In this document: in pieces, positions 40,066 through 50,128 of the stretch
Position numbering within the stretch: position 1 is the stretch's first letter
Layout of the letters: the number at the start of each line of letters is the position of its first letter
From: Candidatus Poribacteria bacterium
Lineage (GTDB): Bacteria > Poribacteria > WGA-4E > WGA-3G
DNA length: 64,000 nt
Assembly (NCBI GenBank): GCA_965205015.1
Contig: OZ242029.1
Coordinates: 2,048,001 to 2,112,000, forward strand
Reading direction: 5' to 3'
Notes under the pieces: model-generated
The model's database searches: none
What the model saw: the letters and a program-made list of their open reading frames with translations, nothing else
What the model was told of the DNA's origin: nothing
Position numbers and translations under genes: made by a program

Positions 40066-40969
40066 ACACTTCGATGAGCTGTTCAAACATTTGGCGGATT
40101 ACGCCCCCAATCCACTCGCGGCCTTAGCACTGAATACATCAAACGTGGAAGTCGGGGCTCCGCTGAACACCGAGCAAGCCACGGTTAAGATGCATCACAG
40201 CGATATGACGTTTCAGATCTGGCTGCCTGACAAAAAGGAGAACGCCATTCTCCATATAGAGGCACAAACCGACGAGAGCCGCGAGAAACCGATGCCACTC
40301 CGGGTTCTGATGTATTCCAGTTTTCTGGCGCACCAGCATGAGAAAAATGTCTATTCCGCAGTTTTCTATCTTCGTCCGCCTGCGGGACAAACAGACTCAG
40401 GATACTACGAGTATGGAGACGAGGTAATGGGTGGCTTACGGTTGAAATATAATGTCATCCGTATGTATGAGTTAGAAGGCGAAGGGTTCTTAGATCGCAG
40501 TGTTGTAGGGCTCCTACCGTTCACACCCTTGATGCGGCCCCCTTCTGGGATGACTTCTCAAGCTTGGGTGGAAACGTGTATAGAGACGACAAAATCCGCC
40601 CCGGTAGACCGTCAGACGCGGGGGACGTTATTATATACGCTCTCGGTTTTTGGAGCGTTAGTGCATCCGCCTGAACTTTTTCAGGATCCAGTATTGGAGG
40701 CAATTATGCAAGAATCTCCTATTTACGAACGCGTCATCCAACGCGGCATAGAACAAGGCATGGAACAAGGCACGCGAGAAAGTCTAATAGAAAGCGTTCT
40801 TGAAAATTTGGAAGTCCGTTTCCAGGTCGCGAACTTGCAAGCCGTGCGTGCCACCCTTGAAAGTGTTGAAACGTTGCAACAGCTGCGGCAGTTACGCCGC
40901 GAATCGCTGCAAGCACCGAGCCTTGACGCGTTCCGACAGGCTTTGGCACGAAACATTTCACCAAAATAA
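40061..40969 (+). CDS. Rpn-family nuclease / putative transposase, copy 2
   Basis: Identical protein to copy 1 up to QRGIEQG, then a different C-terminus. Confidence 0.85.
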   Translation: MAHFDELFKHLADYAPNPLAALALNTSNVEVGAPLNTEQATVKMHHSDMTFQIWLPDKKENAILHIEAQTDESREKPMPLRVLMYSSFLAHQHEKNVYSAVFYLRPPAGQTDSGYYEYGDEVMGGLRLKYNVIRMYELEGEGFLDRSVVGLLPFTPLMRPPSGMTSQAWVETCIETTKSAPVDRQTRGTLLYTLSVFGALVHPPELFQDPVLEAIMQESPIYERVIQRGIEQGMEQGTRESLIESVLENLEVRFQVANLQAVRATLESVETLQQLRQLRRESLQAPSLDAFRQALARNISPK

Positions 40970-41034
40970 CACTCAGTGCCGCACCGCATTCAAGGCGATC
41001 GGTATGTTATCCGCCGCCGCAGAATCCCTTCCGC

Positions 41035-41385
41035 CTACCCAGGCCCATTTTGCGGCACGCCGGGAGGCGGTTCCGTGAACGTCTCACCCCGCGCCTCGGC
41101 TGCGGTGCGCCGGGCATGCCATGCCGCGATCTCTTGATACGCTTCGGCTTTTCCTTCAGTAATACCTTCGGCTTTCCCTTCAGCAATACCTTCAGTAATA
41201 CCTTCAGCAATGCCTTCGGCTTTCCCTTCCTCTTTCGCGGCTTGAATCCGCTTTTCTTGTCTTGCTAAATACCAATCCGACAGTAACATCAGCAGATCTA
41301 TGCCTCCTGCTATCATTCCAACCAAAGTTACCCCAACCGGGATAAAATTTGAGGGAATAAGTCGTTTATGATTTAAAAAACGCAC
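41035..41385 (-). CDS. Membrane protein (probably 5'-truncated) with an EG(K/I)AEG repeat tail
   Basis: FIPVG..L..MI.GGID.LMLLSDW...EGKAEGIAEG; paralogue of 46662-46952 and 63801->. Confidence 0.6.
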   Translation of the reverse strand: MRFLNHKRLIPSNFIPVGVTLVGMIAGGIDLLMLLSDWYLARQEKRIQAAKEEGKAEGIAEGITEGIAEGKAEGITEGKAEAYQEIAAWHARRTAAEARGETFTEPPPGVPQNGPG

Positions 41386-41391
41386 TTTTTC

Positions 41392-41568
41392 TTACGGATG
41401 CCCCTCAAGATGTCGGTCTATTCGTTGATTTATGTTCCGAATCTCTGTTTCAAGTCTTGCAATATCATCTTTGGTTGCAAATCTAAATGACCTTAGAAAC
41501 GTTGCAACAGAAATAATCATAATTATTCCAGAGAATACGACTGTTAGAATGACTGCCCACTGTGGCAT
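41392..41568 (-). CDS. Small TM/coiled-coil protein (58 aa; below the ORF-track cutoff)
   Basis: AAAGGAGG RBS; MPQWAVILTVVFSGIIMIISVATFLRSFRFATKDDIARLETEIRNINQRIDRHLEGHP; upstream minus-strand TTGACA-17-TATTCT at 41642-41670. Confidence 0.65.
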   Translation of the reverse strand: MPQWAVILTVVFSGIIMIISVATFLRSFRFATKDDIARLETEIRNINQRIDRHLEGHP

Positions 41569-42179
41569 GATCTCAAACCTCCTTTTATGGAATTTTTAAG
41601 GTTTCCACTCTTTTCAAAACGTCCTCCATCAAATTAAAAATAGAATAACACATACCCACTGGCGTGTCAACGCAAAAACTGCGATTCTACACTTTTTTCG
41701 CGAATTATGCATTATTTTTGCATAATTACGCAATTTATTGTATTTTAATTTGATAAATAACGTATAATAAGATATAATTGTATATTACAGGGATAAAACG
41801 CAATTTTATGATAGTTTTTGCGTTGAAAAGCAGTTTTTTGCATAATTAAGCAATATCAGAAAATCAATGTTCAGTTTTGAGGAAGCTTGGAAGCACAGGA
41901 AGCCTGGAAGAAACACCGTATCCGCGATCTTCCACCCCTCCGATCTTCCAACGCTCCAACCCACTTGCGGGGGTTCCCTTACCCTATGAAAAAGGAGGGG
42001 AGACCCCACCCTACAAAACTCGGATAAGCACACAACGAAACGAACAGACAGCGAGGCACGCGTGCGGGTTTCCCCACCGGCGCCCGCGCAAAACGGATGA
42101 AACACCCCTAATAAAGGGGGCAAGGGAGGTTAATTCCCGATCACATCCGAAAAAAATCGAAAGAGAGGTATATATTTTC

Positions 42180-45100
42180 ATGAACACCTTAACAACACGA
42201 AAAATTGTCCTCGGCATACTGATAACACTCGTCTTGGCGTTCAGCGTGCAGGGCACCGCAGACGCGTATGAGTTAACAAAAAGCACAAACCCTATTGCTC
42301 TCCTACCTATCCCCTCATCGGGGACAACATCAGAACAGAGCTTCACCTTTAAGATCAAATTTACTAAAGCTGAGGGTGAGGCTGATGATACTAGCACCAC
42401 TGATGTTAGTAACGATGCTAAGTACGAAGTAGCCATTGACACAGTCCTTGGTCTCAATATTGAGAATCTTACAGTAAGTGGTCTCACAGATACGGACACG
42501 GTTGATGGTACAGCGACCGTGGATCCTCCTTCTCGCGCCAGCACTTATACCGTTACGGTGAAATATACTTTGGATGGTCCTAGTGATGGTCTTGGTGAAA
42601 AGGATTTTGATGTTTCTACAATTTCGGATATTACGCTTATAGGTGGTGGGAATCCAGTGTACACGGCTTACGGTGTCCGGCCTCCTCAGGATGTGATAAA
42701 TCTTGAATTCGCTGCCGCATCTGATGATGTAGAGATCGGCTACTCTAACACAAACAATCAGTTCTACTTGGATCAAGAGGTTTCGGTTACTTTAGAAGCA
42801 CTTGACCATGGGGATGATACCTTTATGGGCGATGATGGTGAGGCTGATACGCCCAGCCATGTCCTTGTTGAATTTCAGAGGATCTGGGGTTCTGGAACCC
42901 TTTACGAAGATCTGGATGATGATTCTACCACACTCGATCCCGGCAGGAGACTTACAACTACAGCGAAGGCAGTTACCGACGGAACCTCCTATGTAGCAAA
43001 GGTCAGGTTACGGATGGGGAGGGGGAGCACCATAATCCGGGCATCCATTCGTGGTGCAAACACCGCCTTGCCTCGCAACACGCACGACATTACCTATTTC
43101 TATGGAGGCATTACGCCCAAGAAGGTTTCTGGTGAGGATCAGATAGCAACCGCTTCCACGCAACTTGCCGAACCGCTCGTTGTTGAATTCCGAGATTGGT
43201 ATCCCAACCCCTCATCTGGGACCGCTATTCGTAATCAAGAAATCGACTTCACTACTTCTGGCGGAATGTTCAGACCTCACCCTGACAACCCAGATCTTAC
43301 TTCTGGTACTGTTACATATCCCGCAAGCACCATCAAAGTAAAAACCGATAACAGTGGTCAAGCCAAAGTTTACGGTGTGTTGGGGACAGCTGGGTCTGCG
43401 ACCACTTTTACAGCGACACTTACTGGCACCTCCCATACAGCAGAATTTAGCTTTACACCTCAAGCGGCAGCGGATGCAGCAAGTATAGAGATAGATGACG
43501 GTGACGGACAAACCGGAGTCGAGAAAAACCGACCCGCGCCTGATCCCTTAGTTGTTATCGTGCGAGATACGTATGGTCTGCCAAAGTCCGGTGAACGAGT
43601 CACATTTAACACGGACAGCGGATTGTTATTAGATCCTCTTAGTGCTGACCCCGGGACCATTACGCCGCCAGGAGCTCCGGGAGATACCGCTCGACCCGAT
43701 CCAACTACTCAAAATAGGGCTGTCTATACTGATAACACCGGCAAAGCTTCAATCAGATACAATGTGGGTAATACATCAGGAGCGAAGACAGTTCGTGCGA
43801 GTATTAGAAGTGGTATTCAACAGGTAGTTTTTAACATCAACGGCACAGGAAGTTCCGGGGACAGCGGAGACGATGATGGCGATGATGAAGAACCCACCAT
43901 CACAAGAACCCTGGATATTGACGTTTCAGGCAGTGGGAGTACGCGCGAGGTTACGGTGACAGCACTGCAAAACGGGGTTTCACAGCGAGCCATCTTTGTC
44001 GAGCTGAGGGTTTCAGGCAGTGGGGCGTCGCTTTCACGGACCAGCGGCGGGACCCCCTTAGAAAGCACGCTCACGCTACCGCAAACGGCAGGCACATATA
44101 CCCTCAGAGCCTCAACGACTGCAGATTATACAACAGCTACAGAGGATGTTACCAGAACCCTCCCCGGTTCCCTCTCACTGGGAGAAATCGGTGCGCGAGC
44201 CGCAAACGGCGGGCAAGCCATTCAGGTGACCGTCCGAGAAGCAAACGGTTCCCTCGCCAGCGGTAGTGTTACCGTAACCCTCAGCGGTGTCGTCAACAGA
44301 ACTGTCACCACCACGAATGGCACCGGCAGAGCACAGGTCGTGCTACCCACCACGGGCGGCTCTGTGGTTCTCAGAGCTACGGGGTATAACGACGGTTCCT
44401 ACACATTCCCTGCGGGCGGACAAACGGCGACGACCACGACAGACACCACCACGACAACCACCACAACTACGACAGTCGAAGAGACACAGCCTGAACCCGC
44501 CAGCATCAGAGTGAGCGGTCCCGCGAACCGCAGTGGGACGGTGGATACGCAGATCGATGCACCGCTCCTCGTCCAGGTCCTCGATGCGGACGGTGATGGC
44601 GTAGAAAATGTGCGCGTCATTTTCCGTGTCCGAGAAGGACGGGGACGGCTCTCACAACGCGGCAACGGACGTGCGATCGCCGTCCAGACGAATTCCGACG
44701 GCCATGCCCGTGCCGACTTCACGCCACTGAGTGATGGCACGATCACGGTTGAAGCAGAGGTAACGGGTGTCACGCGAAAGGTTACTTTCACCATCACGAC
44801 AGACGACGCAGCACCGACAGGAGCAGCGAGCGTCGGGACCTATACTGTTGGTGACAGCATTTCGGCATTAGCGTCGGGATTCCCGAGTGAACTCTCGGGT
44901 GCCTCCTTCCAGAGCCGTGGCGGACAACGCATCTTTACCTTCAGCAATAAAGGCAAGATTGTGCAAGGGGGTATCACGTATACCTGCTCGTCTGTAGACG
45001 GATGCACAATCCAAGGGCAGCGCGTTACCAAAGGCACGATTGAAGCGACAAGGCCTGGTACTACACCCCCCAGCACTGGCACAAGAACGCCCAGCACAGG

Positions 45101-46592
45101 GGATACGCCCAGTACGACTGTGAATCCTGTCCTAAATGCCGCTGTTGACACAGCGAGTCGGTCGCCGATGTTGTGGGTCAGTGGCGGTAAGATTTACGCC
45201 CTCGTGGGTTCTGAGGTGAAAGTGTTCATATCGGGCGTTGAAAACGCCATAAACCTCGCCATCGGTGGGGGTAAAGTCTACTGGACGGCGAAGACGAGTG
45301 ATACACACGGGACGCTGAACAGTGCGAATCTTGACGGTACAGGTGCCAAAGAACTGCGGTCCTTGTGGGGTGTGCCGAGAGGCATCGCCGTAGACACCGC
45401 CGGTAGCAAACTCTATTGGGTAGATGCCGCGAACCGACTCCAAAGTTCGAACCTCGAGGGGTTGAATATCGAAAACGTGCTTCGCAATCTCTCGGATCCA
45501 CAAGATGTCGTCTTAGCCGGTGGCAATGTGTATTGGATCGGAAATGGGTCGGGTACAGACACGCTTTCGTTTATCACCCTCTCAGATCCGAAGAAAGTCA
45601 TACATCCTGTCGCAGCCACATCCGGGACTTATGGGGGACTTGCGATCGCAGGTGGGAAGGTCTACTGGACAGAGCAGACGAGTGATACCCACGGGACGCT
45701 GCACAGTGCCAACCTTGACGGAACAGGTGTCGCAGAACTCCGGGATGACCCCATATGGGGTGCCCCAGTCGGCATCGCCGTGGACACTGCCCGGAGCATG
45801 CTCTACTGGACGGACGCTGTCGGTAGGCTCCAACGGTCGAACCTCGACGGGTCAGGGATCCACAATGTCGTCAAGGGGTTAGGACTTCCAGGGGACATGG
45901 TCCTCAGTAACAACATTACCGCACCTATAGGAACCGCATCTACGACGACATCCAAGACCTCGACGACCGGCTCCAACAAATACGATATCAATGCCGACGG
46001 GACGGTGGATAGCAAGGATTCTGATGTGCTGATCGTCGCCGTCGCCGCTCGGATCACCGATGCCAAGTACGATGTCAACGGAGATGGAAAGGTCGACATC
46101 AATGATGTCGTCGCCGTCACCGCCAATCGGGACAAGGGGACGGCGAGTGCGCCGGCACTCCTCGGTACGAAGTTAGGGTCCGTTGAGGTCGAGCGGCTCC
46201 AGGAGCAAATTGACCTATTGATTGCAACAGGCGATCGCTCACCCGCCGCAATGCGGACGTTAGTGTATCTCCAGCAGCTCATCGTCATGGCGCGTCCCGA
46301 AAAGACGCAGCTCTTGGCGAACTATCCGAATCCGTTCAACCCTGAAACCTGGATTCCGTATGAGTTGGCGACAGACACGGACGTGCGCATCACGATTTAC
46401 AACGCCCAAGGCATTGTCATCCGGACGTTGCATCTCGGACAGCAATCCGCCGGGTATTACACCGATCGCCAGCGTGCGGCGTATTGGGACGGTCGGAATG
46501 CCCTCGGCGAGCAGGTCGCGAGTGGCATCTATTTCTACCAGTTCGAAACCGACGAAATGTCGTCCCTGCGCAAGATGCTGATTTTGAAGTAG
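42180..46592 (+). CDS. Large secreted protein (1470 aa): signal peptide, Ig/invasin-like domains, Thr-rich linkers, LDL-receptor class B (YWTD) repeats, dockerin-like pair, C-terminal FlgD/T9SS-like sorting domain
   Basis: AGAGAGG RBS before ATG 42180; PLVV.VRD/TD..G.A motifs; KVYWT, KLYWVD, MLYWTD; DINADGTVD and DVNGDGKVD; LLANYPNPFNPETWIPY...WDGRN..GE.VASGIYFY. Confidence 0.85.
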   Translation: MNTLTTRKIVLGILITLVLAFSVQGTADAYELTKSTNPIALLPIPSSGTTSEQSFTFKIKFTKAEGEADDTSTTDVSNDAKYEVAIDTVLGLNIENLTVSGLTDTDTVDGTATVDPPSRASTYTVTVKYTLDGPSDGLGEKDFDVSTISDITLIGGGNPVYTAYGVRPPQDVINLEFAAASDDVEIGYSNTNNQFYLDQEVSVTLEALDHGDDTFMGDDGEADTPSHVLVEFQRIWGSGTLYEDLDDDSTTLDPGRRLTTTAKAVTDGTSYVAKVRLRMGRGSTIIRASIRGANTALPRNTHDITYFYGGITPKKVSGEDQIATASTQLAEPLVVEFRDWYPNPSSGTAIRNQEIDFTTSGGMFRPHPDNPDLTSGTVTYPASTIKVKTDNSGQAKVYGVLGTAGSATTFTATLTGTSHTAEFSFTPQAAADAASIEIDDGDGQTGVEKNRPAPDPLVVIVRDTYGLPKSGERVTFNTDSGLLLDPLSADPGTITPPGAPGDTARPDPTTQNRAVYTDNTGKASIRYNVGNTSGAKTVRASIRSGIQQVVFNINGTGSSGDSGDDDGDDEEPTITRTLDIDVSGSGSTREVTVTALQNGVSQRAIFVELRVSGSGASLSRTSGGTPLESTLTLPQTAGTYTLRASTTADYTTATEDVTRTLPGSLSLGEIGARAANGGQAIQVTVREANGSLASGSVTVTLSGVVNRTVTTTNGTGRAQVVLPTTGGSVVLRATGYNDGSYTFPAGGQTATTTTDTTTTTTTTTTVEETQPEPASIRVSGPANRSGTVDTQIDAPLLVQVLDADGDGVENVRVIFRVREGRGRLSQRGNGRAIAVQTNSDGHARADFTPLSDGTITVEAEVTGVTRKVTFTITTDDAAPTGAASVGTYTVGDSISALASGFPSELSGASFQSRGGQRIFTFSNKGKIVQGGITYTCSSVDGCTIQGQRVTKGTIEATRPGTTPPSTGTRTPSTGDTPSTTVNPVLNAAVDTASRSPMLWVSGGKIYALVGSEVKVFISGVENAINLAIGGGKVYWTAKTSDTHGTLNSANLDGTGAKELRSLWGVPRGIAVDTAGSKLYWVDAANRLQSSNLEGLNIENVLRNLSDPQDVVLAGGNVYWIGNGSGTDTLSFITLSDPKKVIHPVAATSGTYGGLAIAGGKVYWTEQTSDTHGTLHSANLDGTGVAELRDDPIWGAPVGIAVDTARSMLYWTDAVGRLQRSNLDGSGIHNVVKGLGLPGDMVLSNNITAPIGTASTTTSKTSTTGSNKYDINADGTVDSKDSDVLIVAVAARITDAKYDVNGDGKVDINDVVAVTANRDKGTASAPALLGTKLGSVEVERLQEQIDLLIATGDRSPAAMRTLVYLQQLIVMARPEKTQLLANYPNPFNPETWIPYELATDTDVRITIYNAQGIVIRTLHLGQQSAGYYTDRQRAAYWDGRNALGEQVASGIYFYQFETDEMSSLRKMLILK

Positions 46593-46661
46593 GACGGAAC
46601 TCCGATTCCCGACGGACTGGCTTCGGCTCTCGGAAACCACCGGTGAAGAGGTTTTCGTTTA

Positions 46662-46952
46662 ATGATACCCGCTTTGCTGGCGGTTTCCGAATTTATCCCC
46701 TTTGGCGGGGCATTAATCGCAATGATAGTAGGAGGTATTGACATCATGATGTTACTGTCAGATTGGTTCTATGATAGACGGGAAAAACGTATTCAGACTG
46801 AAAGAGAAAAAGCCAGAGAAGAAGGGAGAAAAGAAGGTTACGCAGAGGGCTATGCAGCTGCAAAAGCAGAAAACGTTTCTACCGATAATGAGTCCCTTCA
46901 TTCGCCATTGAAACCTTCGAATGCTCCACCAAAAAATAAAGAGAATCCTTAA
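46662..46952 (+). CDS. Membrane protein remnant with an EG-repeat tail (paralogue of 41035-41385)
   Basis: FIPFGG..IAMIVGGIDIMMLLSDW...EEGRKEGYAEG; the upstream frame continues through a TGA where the paralogue at 63801 has TGG. Confidence 0.6.
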   Translation: MIPALLAVSEFIPFGGALIAMIVGGIDIMMLLSDWFYDRREKRIQTEREKAREEGRKEGYAEGYAAAKAENVSTDNESLHSPLKPSNAPPKNKENP

Positions 46953-47124
46953 TCCCAGCGGCAGCATCCTGTAGGTGGAACCTCCGATATTCTACGGAGA
47001 TGTCGGCCCGCTGGGGCTAATGCCTTGCTCTCTCCCCCCCAAAAAATCCGAAAATTACCCCTTGACGGCATCCCCCAAAATGTGCTATACTAAAATCATA
47101 AGAAAAATCAACAGGGGGGTCCGT

Positions 47125-48954
47125 ATGAAATCCTATCTACTCACGCTATGCCTTGTCCTCGCATTACCCTTCGCGGGACACACGGCATCCGAATATACAA
47201 TTACAAAAAAACACCGCGTCATCCAAGAGGCATCCGCACACCCGAGCGACGTTCCCATCGGTACACAAATTTCACGCCTCACCTTCACGACACTCCATGG
47301 CGATACACACAATTTAGACACCCTCACCGCACAGGGACCCGTCGTTTTCACGTTCCTCGCAACCGAATGCCCCGTCGCACAACGCTATACGATGCGCCTG
47401 AAACGGTTGCACGCCGAATTCGCACCGCAAAATACCACCTTCGTTGCAGTCTATGCCAACGAAAACGATTCTGAGGACGACGTAAGGCACTACATCGCCA
47501 AGGCAGGTGCTCCGTTCCCTGTTGTAAAGGACACAACCGGCAAACTCGCACGTGCGCTCGGCGCAACTATGACCCCACAGGCTGTTCTCGTTGATACAAC
47601 CCGTACAATTAGCTACCGCGGTGCCATTGACGATAACCGCTACGAGCCACGCGTCAAGCACCACTACCTGCAAGATGCGCTGCTCGCAACACATACAGAT
47701 ACCCCGATCCCCGTGCAAGAGACACCGGCGTTCGGATGCACGATCCATCTCCCCGAAACGGATCTGCCTACAGAGATTACCTATAGCCAGCACATCGCAC
47801 CGATCCTCCAGAAGAATTGCCAGACGTGCCATCGACACGGCGAAGTCGCACCCTTCACACTCACCGATTACGGTGATGCAAAGGCGTGGGCAACCGAAAT
47901 CGCTGAATACACACAGGCACGTCTCATGCCACCGTGGAAACCCGCGCCCGGCTACGGCGACTTCAAGAACGAACGGCGACTCACAGACACCGAAATCCAG
48001 AGAATCGCAGCGTGGGTGAGAGCCGGTGCACCCGCTGGCGATCTTGAAGCCGTGCCACCCGCACCTCAGTTCCCTGAAGACTGGGCACTCGGGGAACCCG
48101 ATTGGATCGCTGAGATGCCGGTCGAGTATGAGATCGAACCCGAAGGCGAAGACGAATATCGGCAATTCATTATACCCACCACCTTTGAGACGGACATGTA
48201 CGTTCAAGCCGTTGACGTGCAACCCGGCAATCGGAAGACGGTCCACCACGTCATCGCCTACTTAGACGTGAACGGCGAAGCGCGTAAACTCGACGCCCAG
48301 GACCCGAAGCCGGGCTATGTTACGGAGGGGACAGGTCCAGGGTTTGATAGTGCCGGGACGGTCGGCGGTTGGGCACCGGGCGTTACGCCGTTAGTCCTAC
48401 CCGAGGGGGTCGGGTATCTCTTACCGAAAGGTGCCGACATCGTCATGCAGGTGCATTACTATCGCACGGGGCATCTCGAACGGGATCGTTCGCGGTTGGG
48501 GTTATACTTCTCCAAAACAGCGGAAACCACCAAATTACGTATCGGAGACGCCATCAACAGCGATTTCGTTATCCCTGCGGGTGAAAATTGGTATGAGGTT
48601 TTAGCCTCCGAAACGTTCAAGAAAGACGTTTACCTGTTAGCGACGATGCCGCACATGCACCTTCTCGGACGCGACATGCGTCTCGTCGCCATAACGCCAT
48701 CCGGTGAGAAACACGACCTCATCTGGATCCAGGATTGGGATTTCAATTGGCAGGATGCCTACCACTATCGCGAGCCGCTCTTCTTCCCGGCTGGCACCCG
48801 TGTCGATCTCGTCGCGCATTTCGATAATTCCGCAGAGAACCCAGCGAACCCGCACGATCCACCGATCCCGGTCGGTTGGGGCGAAAAAACGACAGACGAA
48901 ATGTGCATCGGATTTCTATACTACGTCAAAGCCAGCGAATTTTCACCTCGATAG
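47125..48954 (+). CDS. Secreted redoxin + c-type heme + copper type II ascorbate-dependent monooxygenase-like protein
   Basis: Signal peptide; TECP and YRGAIDD redoxin motifs; CQTCH; VHH, QVHY, PHMHLLG, WDFNWQ, DEMC. Confidence 0.8.
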   Translation: MKSYLLTLCLVLALPFAGHTASEYTITKKHRVIQEASAHPSDVPIGTQISRLTFTTLHGDTHNLDTLTAQGPVVFTFLATECPVAQRYTMRLKRLHAEFAPQNTTFVAVYANENDSEDDVRHYIAKAGAPFPVVKDTTGKLARALGATMTPQAVLVDTTRTISYRGAIDDNRYEPRVKHHYLQDALLATHTDTPIPVQETPAFGCTIHLPETDLPTEITYSQHIAPILQKNCQTCHRHGEVAPFTLTDYGDAKAWATEIAEYTQARLMPPWKPAPGYGDFKNERRLTDTEIQRIAAWVRAGAPAGDLEAVPPAPQFPEDWALGEPDWIAEMPVEYEIEPEGEDEYRQFIIPTTFETDMYVQAVDVQPGNRKTVHHVIAYLDVNGEARKLDAQDPKPGYVTEGTGPGFDSAGTVGGWAPGVTPLVLPEGVGYLLPKGADIVMQVHYYRTGHLERDRSRLGLYFSKTAETTKLRIGDAINSDFVIPAGENWYEVLASETFKKDVYLLATMPHMHLLGRDMRLVAITPSGEKHDLIWIQDWDFNWQDAYHYREPLFFPAGTRVDLVAHFDNSAENPANPHDPPIPVGWGEKTTDEMCIGFLYYVKASEFSPR

Positions 48955-49020
48955 GTGTGGTTTTTAACTGTACCATGGGTGTCAATTTGGGGATTTTTAA
49001 ACCGGTTTAGCGAGGGCAGA

Positions 49021-49613
49021 TTTATAGAATCGGATAGAAATAAAGCAATCAGCCCTATAAGGGCGGCATGTTTATAGAATGTGCTCGTAAGTTCAAATCA
49101 GCCCTGTAAGGGCGGCATGTTTATAGAATGTGCTCGTAAGTTCAAATCAGCCCTGTAAGGGCGGCATGTTTATAGAAGCGGGTATATCAATATATTTAGC
49201 CCTGTAAGGGCGGCATATTTATAGAAGCGGGTATATCAATATATTTAGCCCTGTAAGGGCGGCATGTTTATAGAATGTGCTCGTAAGTTCAAATCAGCCC
49301 TGTAAGGGCGGCATATTTATAGAAGCGGGTATATCAATATATTTAGCCCTGTAAGGGCGGCATATTTATAGAAGCGGGTATATCAATATATTTAGCCCTG
49401 TAAGGGCGGCATATTTATAGAATGTGCTCGTAAGTTCAAATCAGCCCTGTAAGGGCGGCATGTTTATAGAAGCGGGTATATCAATATATTTAGCCCTGTA
49501 AGGGCGGCATGTTTATAGAATGTGCTCGTAAGTTCAAATCAGCCCTGTAAGGGCGGCATGTTTATAGAAGCGGGTATATCAATATATTTAGCCCTGTAAG
49601 GGCGGCATGTTTA
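49021..49613 (+). repeat. CRISPR-like tandem array: 12 x 29-bp repeat with 20-bp spacers of only two types (49-bp period)
   Basis: Repeat AGCCCTGTAAGGGCGGCATRTTTATAGAA starting at 49051, 49100, ... 49590 (last copy partial); spacers A=TGTGCTCGTAAGTTCAAATC and B=GCGGGTATATCAATATATTT. Confidence 0.95.
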
Positions 49614-50087
49614 CGAAGCGTATTCATCGTTTTCAGATTCAAAAACATATTTCGTATCATAATCAACACCAAAAAGATCAAGAAGTTCTAAATATTCTTC
49701 ACGAAACGTCTTTTTTGAATGATGCTGTTCTTGGTTTTTGATGTACCTCGCAACGGCATCCAATTGAGAATGAGAATATGAAAAAGCCGAAAAGCCCTTC
49801 TGCCATTCAAACCTTCCCACAACCCATCGCTTTCGGTTAATGAATCTCGACGAATTTGCTTTAATATCCCTCACCAAATCAGTCAATGCTCCTTCTGGCG
49901 CGAGCCCAATAAGGATATGGATATGGTCGGGCATGGAATTAATTTGAATCACCTTCTGTTTTTTGTTCGTGATGATACCTGTGATATAGCGATGGAGTTC
50001 ATCTTTGTGTTCTTTCGGAAGCAGGTATTGTCTGCCTTTAACAGCAAAAACGATATGTACGTAAAGTTGGGTATAGGTATTTGGCAT
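49611..50087 (-). CDS. tnpA: IS200/IS605-family Y1 (HUH) transposase TnpA, no tnpB
   Basis: YVHIVFAVK.R, MPDHIHIL (HUH), IKANSSR, FEWQKGFSAFS, RYIKNQ (catalytic Tyr). Confidence 0.9.
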   Translation of the reverse strand: MPNTYTQLYVHIVFAVKGRQYLLPKEHKDELHRYITGIITNKKQKVIQINSMPDHIHILIGLAPEGALTDLVRDIKANSSRFINRKRWVVGRFEWQKGFSAFSYSHSQLDAVARYIKNQEQHHSKKTFREEYLELLDLFGVDYDTKYVFESENDEYAS

Positions 50088-50128
50088 GGATTAAAGAAAT
50101 CTCCTTGTAATTTTGATCAACATATAGA

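Noticed and set aside
38363-40969. Diversity-generating retroelement (template/variable repeat pair)
   Set aside because: No reverse transcriptase and no adenine-specific differences; divergence is a whole C-terminal swap.
41877-42179. 101-aa N-terminal extension of the large secreted protein
   Set aside because: It runs through repeat and hairpin sequence; the RBS and signal peptide indicate ATG 42180.
47314-48249. 311-aa minus-strand ORF
   Set aside because: Antisense to the monooxygenase-like gene; no recognisable motifs.
49080-49099. Spacer A targeting the MITE end (shared GAACTTACG with 36487-36495)
   Set aside because: A 9-nt match is within chance for 64 kb; I saw no full-length match for either spacer in the window.
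49021-49613. Bona fide CRISPR array
   Set aside because: Spacers are only 20 bp and of two recurring types, there are no cas genes in the window, and the repeat also flanks tnpA in inverted orientation. Reported as a transposase-linked array instead.
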